From assembly GCF_023055435.1 (NCBI RefSeq), contig NW_025964383.1:36642001-36706000 (forward strand): a DNA stretch of 64,000 bases, written 5' to 3'. The notes under the pieces were generated by a model. The model made no database searches and had not been told where the DNA came from. It saw nothing but the letters and a program-made list of their open reading frames with translations. Origin of the DNA: Haliotis rufescens. Lineage: Eukaryota. The position numbers and the translations under genes are program-made. Positions 1 through 13,900 of the stretch are shown one piece after another. Numbering within the stretch: position 1 is the first letter of the stretch; each line of letters opens with the position of its first letter.

Positions 1-858
1 CGTGTTTATTTACTGTAGATGACAAAGTCCGACATTTGTCGTGAATCTCGTGAAGTTATCTGTAAACAGCGCGCTGAATGTTCAACTTAGTTTCGCCAGT
101 TTGTCAATTCGGTCTTTTGTGTGACTCATAGCGGAATAAATATACTGTAAAACTATATGTATGTGAATTCTAAATGAATTTTATACAAAGTTACATGGTT
201 TGATGAACAAATAAACATCAAATAAAACAATTTTTGACAAACCTTTGTTCCGCCCTGTTGCTGTGATATGGTAGTCAGACGTCAAAGTTCTTTGCAGAAA
301 TATTTACACAATTTCATGTTTAAACTACCACTGTGTGGATTCTAAACTCCTCTTGTACAATATAGAATACAATGAAACAGAAAACTAAGACAAGTGAAGA
401 CATTTTGACATTTGTCCAGACAACAGACAACACATGAACAGATAACTTCTATGTCCGCTTCAGTCACTTTCACAGTCAGCACGTCACACGGGGCGGGGAG
501 GCTGTGCCGTGTCCTGGCGGGGAATGGCGGGATGTGCCGTTATAACTGCACGTTTGGGGATTCTAAATGATTGTTACACATAATTACAAACACCAAACCT
601 ATATATTTCTACATTTGTTTTATCAACGTTGTTTTGTCAATCTATCTACACTGATGTGTTATAAAACAGACACAGTTTGATTGTAAAATAATACATCATA
701 TTCATATCGCCTGATTTAACCTATCTCTGAGATGATATTTGTTTGTACTAATGTGTTTGTAAAGAAAGCAGCGACTGTGCCAGGTCATACATATTAACTA
801 TTGCAAACAAGTTCATTTGTTTTGTACCATCGCGAAAGTATTTTTTGTTACTCTCTTC
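1..858. repeat. Segmental duplicate of 3738-4522 (intron immediately upstream of the B30.2 exon)
   Basis: Near-identical at offset 3737. This copy carries about 74 extra bp (447-520). Identity ends at ctctcttc (858/4522). Confidence 0.95.
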
Positions 859-1035
859 GCCACACTCAGCAATGTTCCAGCTATATGACGGTGGCCCGTA
901 AATAGTCGAGTCTAGACCAGACAATCGAGTGATTGATATCATGAGCATCGATCTATGCAATTTGGAGTCAACCACGTATTAGTCACCTCTTACGACAGCA
1001 TGGGTTGCTGAAGACCAATTTTAGCTCGGATCATC
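859..1035 (-). mobile_element. SINE fragment (family A), tail-truncated
   Basis: Matches the copies at 1880-2080, 30163-30410 and 55468-55730. Confidence 0.8.
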
Positions 1036-1879
1036 ACATAAGCTACCACAATAATAACAGGTTTAAAAAGTGAATAATTTCATACTTTAAAGTATACACT
1101 GTTTCTTTCATGCTGATTGGCTGAATGGGTAGTCATGTGATCCGATATTTGGAGTTCACACATCTGTGAACGGACAGAAAAGTTCCCAGGATGTTAACAA
1201 TTTTTGTGTGAAATTGATCCTGTGAACTTTTGCCAGAAGTACTTTCCAAAGTTTCCCGAATTCTCGTTCGGTGTTTACAATTAACTTGTTTTTCTTTTTT
1301 CTTTTTAATCCCTGCATTTATCAGACATATAATTAATTTAGTATTTTACGTCTGCTACATGAAACAAAATCGATTGTCCTTACGGTGATTTGGATATGGA
1401 ATGGTTATTTATCAATACTAATAAACAAGTGAAGAAAATGAATTCTGTAAACTTACTGAGGTGAGCGAAATTGATTTATTGAAGGATATTGACTTTGATG
1501 CCTTGTTTCGGAAATGACAGGAATCTAGCACCAAAGAATTGCAAATGACTTGAATGTTGTACCCTGCTCAGATGTGGCCGTCGACACAGATCAAAGCGAC
1601 TGTTCCTGATCAATCCCAAACTAAAACCTGATTCACAATCGTATCAGAAAAAAACAAACTACAAGACTTTGAGAAACCAAGACACAGCAAATCTACAATG
1701 AAAAACACTAAATTAATAGGCTCTGAAAGTGTTCAATGGTAAGCCAAATAATTTTTTTCTAGCTTTTAAAAATATAAGACATAAAAAAGGTAAGGAACAA
1801 AATTTGAAATAAAAAAACAACCCAAAAACTTGCCTCGATCTAGCGATCTACCTGTTTTACCGATTGGTCATCGGAGACG

Positions 1880-2080
1880 GTTGGTTTGTTGTTTAACGCC
1901 GCACTATTCCAGCTTTATGACGGGAGTCTGTACATAACCGAGTCTGAAGCAGACAATCCAGTGCTTAATATCATGAGCATCGATCCACGCAATTGGGATA
2001 CGATGACATGCATCAACCAAGTCAGCGAACCTGACCACCCGATCCCGTTAGTCGCCTCTTACGTCAAACATAGTCGCCTT
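1880..2080 (-). mobile_element. SINE (family A), partial
   Basis: (aaac)n-type tail; core similar to ttgtcgtaagaggcgactaacgggatcgggtggtcagg on the minus strand. Confidence 0.85.
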
Positions 2081-3033
2081 GTCATCAGAGACGAGAAAAT
2101 GCCCGTTGACGGAACTACTAGTCCGGTTTCTGAGTTGGTCGACCTTCTTCGTGTGCGTATTCTAGGCCGAGAAGCGGCGGCACATGAGGAAGGACGGGGC
2201 ACAGAAACGAAGCTGGCATCAGGTAAGCAAAGTATTACAGCATACACGACAAATCCCAAACTCCAAATATAACACACCTTGACCTTGAAAATTAACACAA
2301 AACACGCGAGTTTCAGAGCACTCCGTTCAATCCCCACCAGTTCACATTCCACAAGGCGCTGGTGAAACTTAAACACAGTTTAACCAGCGCTTTTAAATTG
2401 TTGACACTTCAATGAACCCATCCAAACTGATGTTCAGTTCTTAAATACATGTGTAATCTACAGGCAAGTGAAGTGAAATAAAGAAATCTGTTGTCAATCT
2501 TGTGCTCTCGCACGCATGTCATGATCAGAGAACCACACACTGTGTCATATTTTAAGCTGCTACAAAAACATTCTGATGATGAAACTATTAATGTTTCGAT
2601 TCAAAACAGTTATAATTCACAGGCAAGTGATGTGAAATGAAGAAAATTGCTATTTGAAACATTTTTTGTAAAACTTCACTTCACTAATTTTCATATCACA
2701 TCACTCTCAAAACATCACACAGTGTCTCATGTTGGAAGTCACTACAGCAATAATTTCAACATAAAGATAGTCATGTGAGAATTCTAAATACTTTGTATAC
2801 ACTGTACAACCCTCTCGTGCAGCAAAACATCACATTTTGCAAACTTCGTTACTGTTTGTGAACATGAAATAACATAGAAACCAGACACTTATATGTCCGC
2901 TTCTCTCAGTTCGTACACGTCATTGAAACAGTTGATATATCTCTCTCAGTTACACCAGAAACCATACAATAATCTATTATATGGTCTCTGGTTACACTGA
3001 TAACTTCACACAGTCTCATGTCTTGTTTATTTC

Positions 3034-3707
3034 CTATGTCAGCGCGTCATGAATCAGTGACATCTTGGTGTCAGTGATGGCGATGTTGTCCCCGCTGATC
3101 AGCTCCATGTTGACAGTGCAGAAATCAGAAACACCTAACACGGGGTACAGGTCTTGCCGGAACCTCTCATCAAACTTCGCTAAAACAATCCCTCTGTTGA
3201 GATCAATGAAGGCGAGTCTGTCCCTCCCCACATCCAGCACCACGCCATAGTGGAGGGTGGCCTGTGTGCCGCGAGTGAATGACATGGTGTTCTGGTGACA
3301 CTTGCCCCGCTCCCCCTCCCGCCACACCACGGTACAGAGACTCTTCCCGTGTCTGCCACAGCTCGCTACACGGACACCCCAGGAGCGACGCTGTAGAGAA
3401 ACCCACCGCCCACTGTCCACCTGTCCTGCCTCTACCACCCCCATCTCCAGGATATACCACTCTCCCCCACTCACCACCCGCACCCTAGTGCGTGTCTCCC
3501 AGTATCTGGGTGTGCTGTATCCCGGGGTGGGAGCGGTGTGGGGTGGAGAAAGGGGGATGGGGGTGGAGGCACAGGTCCCCATATACTCCTGTAGCCTGCG
3601 CCTGTCATGTGACCGTGTGTCGAGCTCCGAGTTGACCAGCTCACTGTCTGTAGTTACGTGGCACGCCTCTGTGTTGGCTCGAGCGGCGTCCAGATGTAGT
3701 TTAGGAC
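3034..3707 (-). CDS. Terminal exon (19 of 19 reconstructed) encoding a PRY-SPRY/B30.2 domain
   Basis: Lies within ORF 3034-3762. Acceptor tctatatttccag|GTCCTAAA (phase 1). Motifs LHLDAARAN (PRY-like), YWETR, LEMGVV, SWGV and YGVVLDVGRDRLAFIDL...F...LYPVLGV match the B30.2 pattern YWEV...IGV.LD...G.LSFY...LYP. Stop TAG is followed by AATAAA at 3031-3026. Confidence 0.88.
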
Positions 3708-4822
3708 CTGGAAATATAGATGGTGTTTGTTGTGTGACGTGTTTATTTACTGTAGATGACAAAGTCCGACATTTGTCGTGAATCTCGTGAAGTTATCTGT
3801 AAACAGCGCGCTGAATGTTCAACTTAGTTTCGCCAGTTTGTCAATTCGGTCTTTTGTGTGACTCATAGCGGAATAAATATACTGTAAAACTATATGTATG
3901 TGAATTCTAAATGAATTTTATACAAAGTTACATGGTTTGATGAACAAATAAACATCAAATAAAACAATTTTTGACAAACCTTTGTTCCGCCCTGTTGCTG
4001 TGATATGGTAGTCAGACGTCAAAGTTCTTTGCAGAAATATTTACACAATTTCATGTTTAAACTACCACTGTGTGGATTCTAAACTCCTCTTGTACAATAT
4101 AGAATACAATGAAACAGAAAACTAAGACAAGTGAAGACATTTTGACATTTGTCCAGACAACAGACAACACATGAACAGATAACAGGAATGGCGGGATGTG
4201 CCGTTATAACTGCACGTTTGGGGATTCTAAATGATTGTTACACATAATTACAAACACCAAACCTATATATTTCTACATTTGTTTTATCAACGTTGTTTTG
4301 TCAATCTATCTACACTGATGTGTTATAAAACAGACACAGTTTGATTGTAAAATAATACATCATATTCATATCGCCTGATTTAACCTATCTCTGAGATGAT
4401 ATTTGTTTGTACTAATGTGTTTGTAAAGAAAGCAGCGACTGTGCCAGGTCATACATATTAACTATTGCAAACAAGTTCATTTGTTTTGTACCATCGCGAA
4501 AGTATTTTTTGTTACTCTCTTCTGATGTGTTTCACGTTTCGCATCTTCATATATGTTTACTGAGTTACACACATAACAATAATAATATCAAATTTCGTGT
4601 TTAAAGAGTTGGTTGTTAACACAACATATTTATTTACATAAACGTTTAATATACTCATGTTCATAATTATAGTCACCCCTATACAAAGACGCTTATATGT
4701 TAAGGGGGGGGGGGGGGGGGGGGGGGGGCATTACTTAATTATATTCACCCCTATACAAAGACGCTAATGTCGGGGGGTGGAGGAGCAATGGTGTTAATAA
4801 TGATAGTGTCCCTTATACAAAG

Positions 4823-4965
4823 AGTGAGTGAGTGAGTATGGTTTTTCGCCGCTTTTAGCAATATTCCAGCAACATCACGGCGGGGGACACCAGGAATGGG
4901 CTTCACACATTGTACCCATGTCGGGAATCGAACCCGGGTCCTCGACGTGACGATCGAACGCCACC
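4823..4965 (-). mobile_element. tRNA-derived SINE (family B)
   Basis: Minus strand has the Pol III B box GGTTCGATTCC, then GCTGGAATATTGCT...GCGGCG and a (CTCA)n tail. Confidence 0.85.
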
Positions 4966-4990
4966 ATCCCCCCATCCCCCCACCCCCCCA

Positions 4991-7900
4991 TGTATGTGTG
5001 TGTAACAAACTGCAACATCGCCGACTGTATGGAATGTATGTGTGTGTAACCACCTGCAACATGGCTGACTGTATGGAATGTATGTGTGTGTAACAAACTG
5101 CAACATCGCCTACTGTATGGAATGTATGTGTGTGTGTGTGTGTGTCTAACCACCTGCAACATCGCCAACTGTATGGAATGTATGTGTGTGTAACAAACTG
5201 CAACATCGTTGACTGCATGGAATGTATGTGTGTGTGTAACCACCTGCAACATCGCCGACTGTATGGAATGTATGTGTGTGTAACCACCTGCAACATCACC
5301 GACTGTATGAAATGTACGTGTGTGTAATCACCTGCAACTTGGCCGACTGTATGAAATGTATGTGTGTGTAACCACCTGCAAAATCGCTGACTGTATTGAA
5401 TATATACGTGTGTTACCACGTGCAACGTTGCCGACGACATTGAATGTACGTGTGTGTAACCAACTGCGATATCGCCGACTATATCGGATGTATGTGTGTG
5501 TAACCACCTGCAAGATCGCCGACTGTATGGAATGTATGTGAGTGTAATCACCTGCAACATCGCCGACTGTATGAAATGTATGTGTGTGTAACCACCTGCA
5601 ACATCGCCGACTGTATGGAATGTATGTGTGTGTAACCACCTGCAACATCGCCGACTGTATGGAATGTTTGTGTGTGTAACCACCTGCAAGATCGCCGACT
5701 ATATGGGATGTATGTGTGTGTAACCACGTGCAACCTTGCCGACGACATTGAATGTACGTGTGTGTAACCAACTGCGACATCGCCGACTATATCGGATGTA
5801 TCTGTGTGTAACCACCTGCAAGATCGCCGACTGTATGGAATGTCTGTGTGTGTAACCGCCTGCAACATCACTGACTGTATGGAATGTATGTGTGTGTAAC
5901 CGCCTGCTACATCGCTAACTGTATGGAATGTATGTGTTTGTAAGCGCCTGCAACATCGCTGACTGTATGGAATGCGTATGTGTGTGTAACCACCTGCAAC
6001 ATCACTGACTGTATGGAATGTACGTGTGTGTAACAACCTGCAACATCGCCGACTGTATGGAATGTATGTGTGTGGAGCCACCTGCAACATCGCCGACTGT
6101 ATGGAATGCATGTGTGTGTAACCACCTGCAACATCGCCGACTGTATAAAATGTATGTATGCGTAACCACCTGCAACATAGCCGACTGTATCGAATGTGTA
6201 TGTGTGTCGTCACCTGCAACATCGCCTACTGTAGGGAATGTGTGTGTGTGTATGTAACCACCTGCAACATCGCCTACTGTAGGGAATGTGTGTGTGTGTA
6301 TGTAACCACCTGCAACATCGCCGACTGTATGGAATGTGTGTATGTAACCACCTGCAACATCGCCGACTGTATGGAATGTATGTGTGTGTAACCAACTGCA
6401 ACATGGCTGACTGTATGGAATGTCTGTGTGTGTGTGTGTAATCACCTGCAACATCACCGACTGTATGAAATGTATGTATGCGTAACCACCTGCAACATAG
6501 CCGACTGTATGGAATGTGTATGTGTGTCGTCACCTGCAACATCGCCTACTGTATGGAATGTACGTGTGTGTAACCACCTGCAACATCGCCGATTGTATGG
6601 AATGCGTATGTGTGTGTAACCACCTGCGACATCGTCGATTGTGTGGAATGTGTGTGTATGTAACCACTAGCAACAACGACGATTGTATGGAATGCGTGTG
6701 TATGTAACCACTAGCAACATGGACGATTGTATGGAATGTAGGGAATGAATGTGTGCGTAACCACCTGCAACATCGCCGACTGTATGGAATTTACGTGTGT
6801 GTAATCACCTGCAACATCGCCTACTGTATGGAATGTACGTGTGTCTAACCACCTGCAACATCGCCGTTTGTATGGAATGCGTATGTGTGTGTAACCATCT
6901 GCAACATCGCCGACTGTATGGAATGTATATATATTTGTGTAATCACCTGCAACATCGCCGACAGTATGAAATGTACGTGTGTGGAGCCACCTGCAACATC
7001 GCCGACTGTATGGAATGTATGTGTGTGGAGCCACCTGCAACATCGCCGACTGTATGGAATGTATATATATTTGTGTAATCACCTGCAACATCGCCGACAG
7101 TATGAAATGTACGTGTGTGGAGCCACCTGCAACATCGCCTACTGTATGGAATGTATGTGTGTGGAGCCACCTGCAACATCGCCGACTGTATGGAATGTAT
7201 GTGTGTGTAACCACCTGCAACATCGCCGACTGTATGAAATGTATGTATGCGTAACCATCTGCAACATCGCCGACTGTAGGGAATGTGTGTGTGTGTATGT
7301 AACCACCTGCAACATCGCCGACTGTATGGAATGTGTGTATGTAACCACCTGCAACATCGCCGACTGTATGGAATGTATGTGTGTGTAACCAACTGCAACA
7401 TCGCCGACTGTAGGGAATGTGTGTGTGTATGTAACCACCTGCAACATCGCCGACTGTATGGAATGTGTGTATGTAACCACCTGCAACATCGCCGACTGTA
7501 TGGAATGTATGTGTGTGTAACCAACTGCAACATGGCTGACTGTATGGAATGTGTGTATGTAACCACCTGCAACATCGCCGACTGTATGGAATGTATGTGT
7601 GTGTAACCAACTGCAACATGGCTGACTGTATGGAATGTGTGTATGTAACCACCTGCAACATCGCCGACTGTATGGAATGTATGTGTGTGTAATCAACTGC
7701 AACATCACCGACTGTATGAAATGTATGTATGCGTAACCACCTGCAACATAGCCGACTGTATGGAATGTGTATGTGTGTCGTCACCTGGAACATCGCTAAC
7801 TGTATGGAATGTACGTGTGTGTAACCACCTGCAACATCGCCGATTGTATGGAATGCGTATGTGTGTGTAACCACCTGCGACATCGCCGATTGTGTGGAAT

Positions 7901-10900
7901 GTGTGTGTATGTAACCACTAGCAACAACGGCGATTGTATGGAATGTGTGTGTATGTAACCACTAACAACATCGCCGACTGTATGGAATGTATATATATGT
8001 GTGTAATCACCTGCAACATCGCCGACAGTATGAAATGTACGTGTGTGTAACCGCCTGCAACATCGCCGACTGTATGGAATGTGTATGTGTGTCGCCACCT
8101 GCAAACTCGCCGACTGTATGGAATGTATGTGTCCGTAACAAACTGCAACATCGCCGACTGTATGGAATGTATGTGTGTGTAACCACCTGCAACATCGCCG
8201 ACTGTATCAAATGTATGTGTGCGTAACCACCCGCAAAATCGCTGACTGTATAGAAAGTATATGTGTGTAACCACGTGCAACTCTGCCGACAACATTGAAT
8301 GTACGTGTGTGTAACCAACTCCGACATCGCCGACTGTATGGGATGTACGTGTGTGTAACCGCCTTCAAAATCGCCGACTGTATATTGTATGTGTTTGAAC
8401 CAACTGCAAGATCGCCAACTGTATGGAATGTATGTGTGTGTAACCACGTGCAACTTTCCCGACGACATTGAATGTACGTGTGTGTAACCAACTGCAACAT
8501 CTCCGACTGTATGGGATGTATGTGTTTCCAACCACGACCAACGTGCGATGCATTTATGAGTAACAACTAGCAACATTTACGATTGTAAGAAATATGTGTG
8601 TATGTAACCACTAGCAACATTTACGATTGTATGGAATGTGTGTGTATGTAACCACTAGCAACATGGACGATTGTAAGGAATATGTGTGTATGTAAGCACT
8701 AGCAACATGGACGATTGTATGGAATGTGTGTGTATGTAACCACTAGCAACATGGACGATTGTATGGAATGTGTGTGTATGTAACCACTAGCAACATGGAC
8801 GATTGTATGGAATGTAGGGAATGAATGTGTGCGTAACCACCTGCAACATCGCCGACTGTATGGAATTTACGTGTGTGTAATCACCTGCAACATCGCCGAC
8901 TGTATGGAATGTACGTGTGTCTAACCACCTGCAACATCGCCGTTTGTATGGAATGCGTATGTGTGTGTAACCACCTGCAACATCGCTGACTATATGGAAT
9001 GTATGTGTGTGTAACCACCTGCAACATCGCTGACTATATGGAATGTATGTGTGTGTAACCGCCTGCAACATCGCTGACTATATGGAATGTATGTGTGTGG
9101 AGGCACCTGCAACATCGCCGATTGTATGGAATGTATATATGTGTATGTAAACACCTCGGCATCGCCGATTGTATCAAATGTATATGTGTGTAACCACCTG
9201 CAACATCGCCGACTGTATGGAATGTGTATGTGTGCGTAAGCACCTGCAACATCGCCGAGTGTATGGAATGTATATATGTGTATGTAATCACCTGCAACAT
9301 CGCCGACTGTATGGAATGTATGTGTGTATAACCACCTGCAACATCGCCGACTGTATGGAATGTATGTGTGTATAACCACCTGCAACATCGCCGACTGTAT
9401 GGAATGTATATATGTGTATGTAATCACCTGCAACATCGCCGACTGTATGAAATGTATGTGTGCGTAACCACCTGCAACATCGCCGACTGTATGAAATGTA
9501 TGTGTGTATAACCACCTGCAACATCTCCGACTATATCGGATCTATGTGTTTCCAACCACGACCAACGTGCTATGCATTAATGAGTAACCACTAGCAACAT
9601 TTACGATTGTAAGGAATATTGTGTGTATGTAAGCACTAGCAACATTTACGAATGTATGGAATGTTGGTGTGTATGTAACCACTAGCAACATCGACGATTG
9701 TAAGGAGTATGTGTGTATGTAAGCACTAGCAACATCGACGATTGCATGGAATCTTGGTGTGTATGTAACCACTAGCAACATGGAAGATTGTAAGGAATAT
9801 GTGTGTATGTAAGCACTAGCAACATCGACGATTACATGGAATGTTGGTGTGTATGTAACCACTAGCAACATCGACGATTGTATGGAATGTGTGTGTACCC
9901 ACTAGCAACATGGAGGTTTGTATTAAATGTGTGTATATGTAACCACTAGCAACATGGACGATTGTATTAAATGTGTGTATATGTAACCACTAGCAACATG
10001 GACGATTGTATGGAATGTATGTGTATGTAACCACTAGCAACATGGACGATTGTATGGAATGTGTGTGTGTATGTAACCACTAGCAACATCGACGATTGTA
10101 TGGAATGTGTGTGTATGTAACCACTAGCAACATCGACGATTGTATGGAATGTGTGTGTAACCATTAGCAACATGGACGATTGTATGGAATGTATGGAATG
10201 AATGTGTGCGTAACCACCTGCACATCGCCGACTGTATGGAATGTACGTGTGTGTAATCACCTGCAACATCGCCGACTGTATGGAATTTACGTGTGCGTAA
10301 ACACCTGCACATCGCCGACTGTATGGAATGTACGTGTGTGTAATCACCTGCAACATCGCCGACTGTATGGAATTTACGTGTGTGTAATCACCTGCAACAT
10401 CGCCAACTGTATGAAATATATGTGTGCGTAACCACTAGCAACATCACTGACTGTATGGAATGTATGTGTGTGTAACCACCTGCAACATCGCCGACTGTAT
10501 CGAATTTACGTGTGTCTAATCACCTGCAACATCGCCTTCTGTATGAAATATATGTGTGCGTAACCACCTGCAACATCGCCGACTGTATGGAATGTACGTG
10601 TGTCTAACCACCTGCAACATCGCCGTTTGTATGGAATGTATGTGTGTGTAACCACCTGCAACATCGCCGACTGTATGGAATGTTCGTGTGTGTAATCACC
10701 TGCAACATCGCCGACTGTATGGAATGTATGTGTGTGTAACCACCTGCAACATCGCCGACTGTATGGAATGTATGTGTGTCTAACCACCTGCAACATCGCC
10801 GACTGTATGGAATGTATGTGTGTGTAATCACCTGCAACATCGCCGACTGTATGGAATGTATGTGTGTGTAACCACCTGCAACCCTGCCGTTTGTATGGAA

Positions 10901-13900
10901 TGTATGTGTGTGTAACCACCTGCAACATCGCCGACTGTATGGAATGTTCGTGTGTGTAATCACCTGCAACATCGCCGACTGTATGGAATGTATGTGTGTC
11001 TAACCACCTGCAACATCGCCGACTGTATGGAATGTATGTGTGTGTAACCGCCTCCAACATCGCCGACTATATGGAATGTATGTGTGTGTAACCACCTGCA
11101 ACATCGCCGTTTGTATGGAATGTATGTGTGTGTAACCACCTGCAACATCGCCAACTGTATGGAATGTTCGTGTGTGTAATCACCTGCAACATCGCCGACT
11201 GTATGGAATGTTCGTGTGTGTAATCACCTGCAACATCGCCGACTGTATGGAATGTTCGTGTGTGTAATCACCTGCAACATCGCCGACTGTATGGAATGTA
11301 CGTGTGTCTAACCACCTGCAACATCGCCGTTTGTATGGAATGTATGTGTGTGTAACCACCTGCAACATCGCCAACTGTATGGAATGTTCGTGTGTGTAAT
11401 CACCTGCAACATCGCCGACTGTATGGAATGTTCGTGTGTGTAATCACCTGCAACATCGCCGACTGTACCGAATGTACGTATGTCTAACCACCTGCAACAT
11501 CGCCGACTGTATGAAATGTACGTGTGCAGAACCGCTTGCAACATCACCGACTGTATGGAATGTATGTGTGTGTAACCGCCTGCAACATCGCCGACTGTAT
11601 GGAATGTTCGCGTGTGTAATCACCTGCAACATCGCCGACTGTATGGAATGTTCGTGTGTCTAACCACCTGCAATATCGCCGTTTGTATGGAATGTACGTG
11701 TGTCTAACCACCTGCAACATTGCCGTTTCTATGGAATGTATGTGTGTGTAACCACCTGCAACAACGCCGACTGTATGGAATGTATGTGTGTGTAACCACC
11801 TGCAACAACGCCGACTGTATGGAATGTATGTGTGTGTAACCACCTGCAACATCGCCGACTGTATGGAATGTTCGTGTGTCTAACCACCTGCAACATCGCC
11901 GTTTGTATGGAATGTATGTGTGTCTAACCACCTGCAACATCGCCGTTTCTATGGAATGTATGTGTGTGTAACCACCTGCAACAACGCCGACTGTATGGAA
12001 TGTATGTGTGTGTAACCACCTGCAACATCGCCGATTATATGGAATTTACGTGTGTGGAATCACCTGCAACATCGCCGACTGTAGGGAATTTACGTGTGTG
12101 TAATCACCTGCAACATCGCCTACTGTATGGAATGTATGTGTGTCTAACCACCTGCAACATCGCCGACTGTATGGAATGTATGTGTGTGTAACCACCTGCA
12201 ACATCGCCGACTGTATGGAATGTATGTGTGTCTAACCACCTGCAACATCGCCGACTGTATGGAATGTATGTGTGTGTAATCACCTGCAACATCGCCGACT
12301 GTATGGAATGTATGTGTGTGTAACCACCTGCAACCCTGCCGTTTGTATGGAATGTATGTGTGTGTAACCACCTGCAACATCGCCAACTGTATGGAATGTT
12401 CGTGTGTGTAATCACCTGCAACATCGCCGACTGTATGTAATGTGTGTGTGTCTAACCACCTGCAACATCGCCGACTGTATGGAATGTATGTGTGTGTAAC
12501 CGCCTCCAACATCGCCGACTATATGGAATGTATGTGTGTGTAACCACCTGCAACATCGCCGTTTGTATGGAATGTATGTGTGTGTAACCACCTGCAAAAT
12601 CGCCAACTGTATGGAATGTTCGTGTGTGTAATCACCTGCAACATCGCCGACTGTATGGAATGTTCGTGTGTGTAATCACCTGCAACATCGCCGACTGTAT
12701 GGAATGTTCGTGTGTGTAATCACCTGCAACATCGCCGACTGTATGGAATGTACGTGTGTCTAACCACCTGCAACATCGCCGTTTGTATGGAATGTATGTG
12801 TGTGTAACCACCTGCAACATCGCCAACTGTATGGAATGTTCGTGTGTGTAATCACCTGCAACATCGCCGACTGTATGGAATGTTCGTGTGTGTAATCACC
12901 TGCAACATCGCCGACTGTACCGAATGTACGTATGTCTAACCACCTGCAACATCGCCGACTGTATGAAATGTACGTGTGCAGAACCGCTTGCAACATCACC
13001 GACTGTATGGAATGTATGTGTGTGTAACCGCCTGCAACATCGCCGACTGTATGGAATGTTCGTGTGTGTAATCACCTGCAACATCGCCGACTGTATGGAA
13101 TGTTCGTGTGTCTAACCACCTGCAATATCGCCGTTTGTATGGAATGTACGTGTGTCTAACCACCTGCAACATTGCCGTTTCTATGGAATGTATGTGTGTG
13201 TAACCACCTGCAACAACGCCGACTGTATGGGATGTATGTGTGTGTAACCACCTGCAACAACGCCGACTGTATGGAATGTATGTGTGTGTAACCACCTGCA
13301 ACATCGCCGACTGTATGGAATGTTCGTGTGTCTAACCACCTGCAACATCGCCGTTTGTATGGAATGTATGTGTGTCTAACCACCTGCAACATCGCCGTTT
13401 CTATGGAATGTATGTGTGTGTAACCACCTGCAACAACGCCGACTGTATGGAATGTATGTGTGTGTAACCACCTGCAACATCGCCGATTATATGGAATTTA
13501 CGTGTGTGGAATCACCTGCAACATCGCCGACTGTAGGGAATTTACGTGTGTGTAATCACCTGCAACATCGCCTACTGTATGGAATGTATGTGTGTCTAAC
13601 CACCTGCAACATCGCCGACTGTATGGAATGTATGTGTATGTAACCGCCTCCAACATCGCCGACTATATGGAATGTATGTGTGTGTAACCACCTGCAACAT
13701 CGCCGTTTGTATGGAATGTATGTGTGTGTAACCACCTGCAACATCGCCAACTGTATGGAATGTTCGTGTGTGTAATCACCTGCAACATCGCCGACTGTAT
13801 GGAATGTTCGTGTGTGTAATCACCTGCAACATCGCCGACTGTATGGAATGTTCGTGTGTGTAATCACCTGCAACATCGCCGACTGTATGGAATGTACGTG

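Noticed and set aside
3708-3762. ATG start of the 242-aa ORF as a single-exon gene
   Set aside because: B30.2 similarity begins right after a good phase-1 acceptor that fits exon 18; the first 18 codons are better read as intron.
4703-4728. Poly-G run as a functional G-quadruplex
   Set aside because: A simple homopolymer of uncertain sequenced length with no other support.
4900-4965. tRNA gene
   Set aside because: Only a B-box/T-arm-like head attached to a SINE body; no full cloverleaf.
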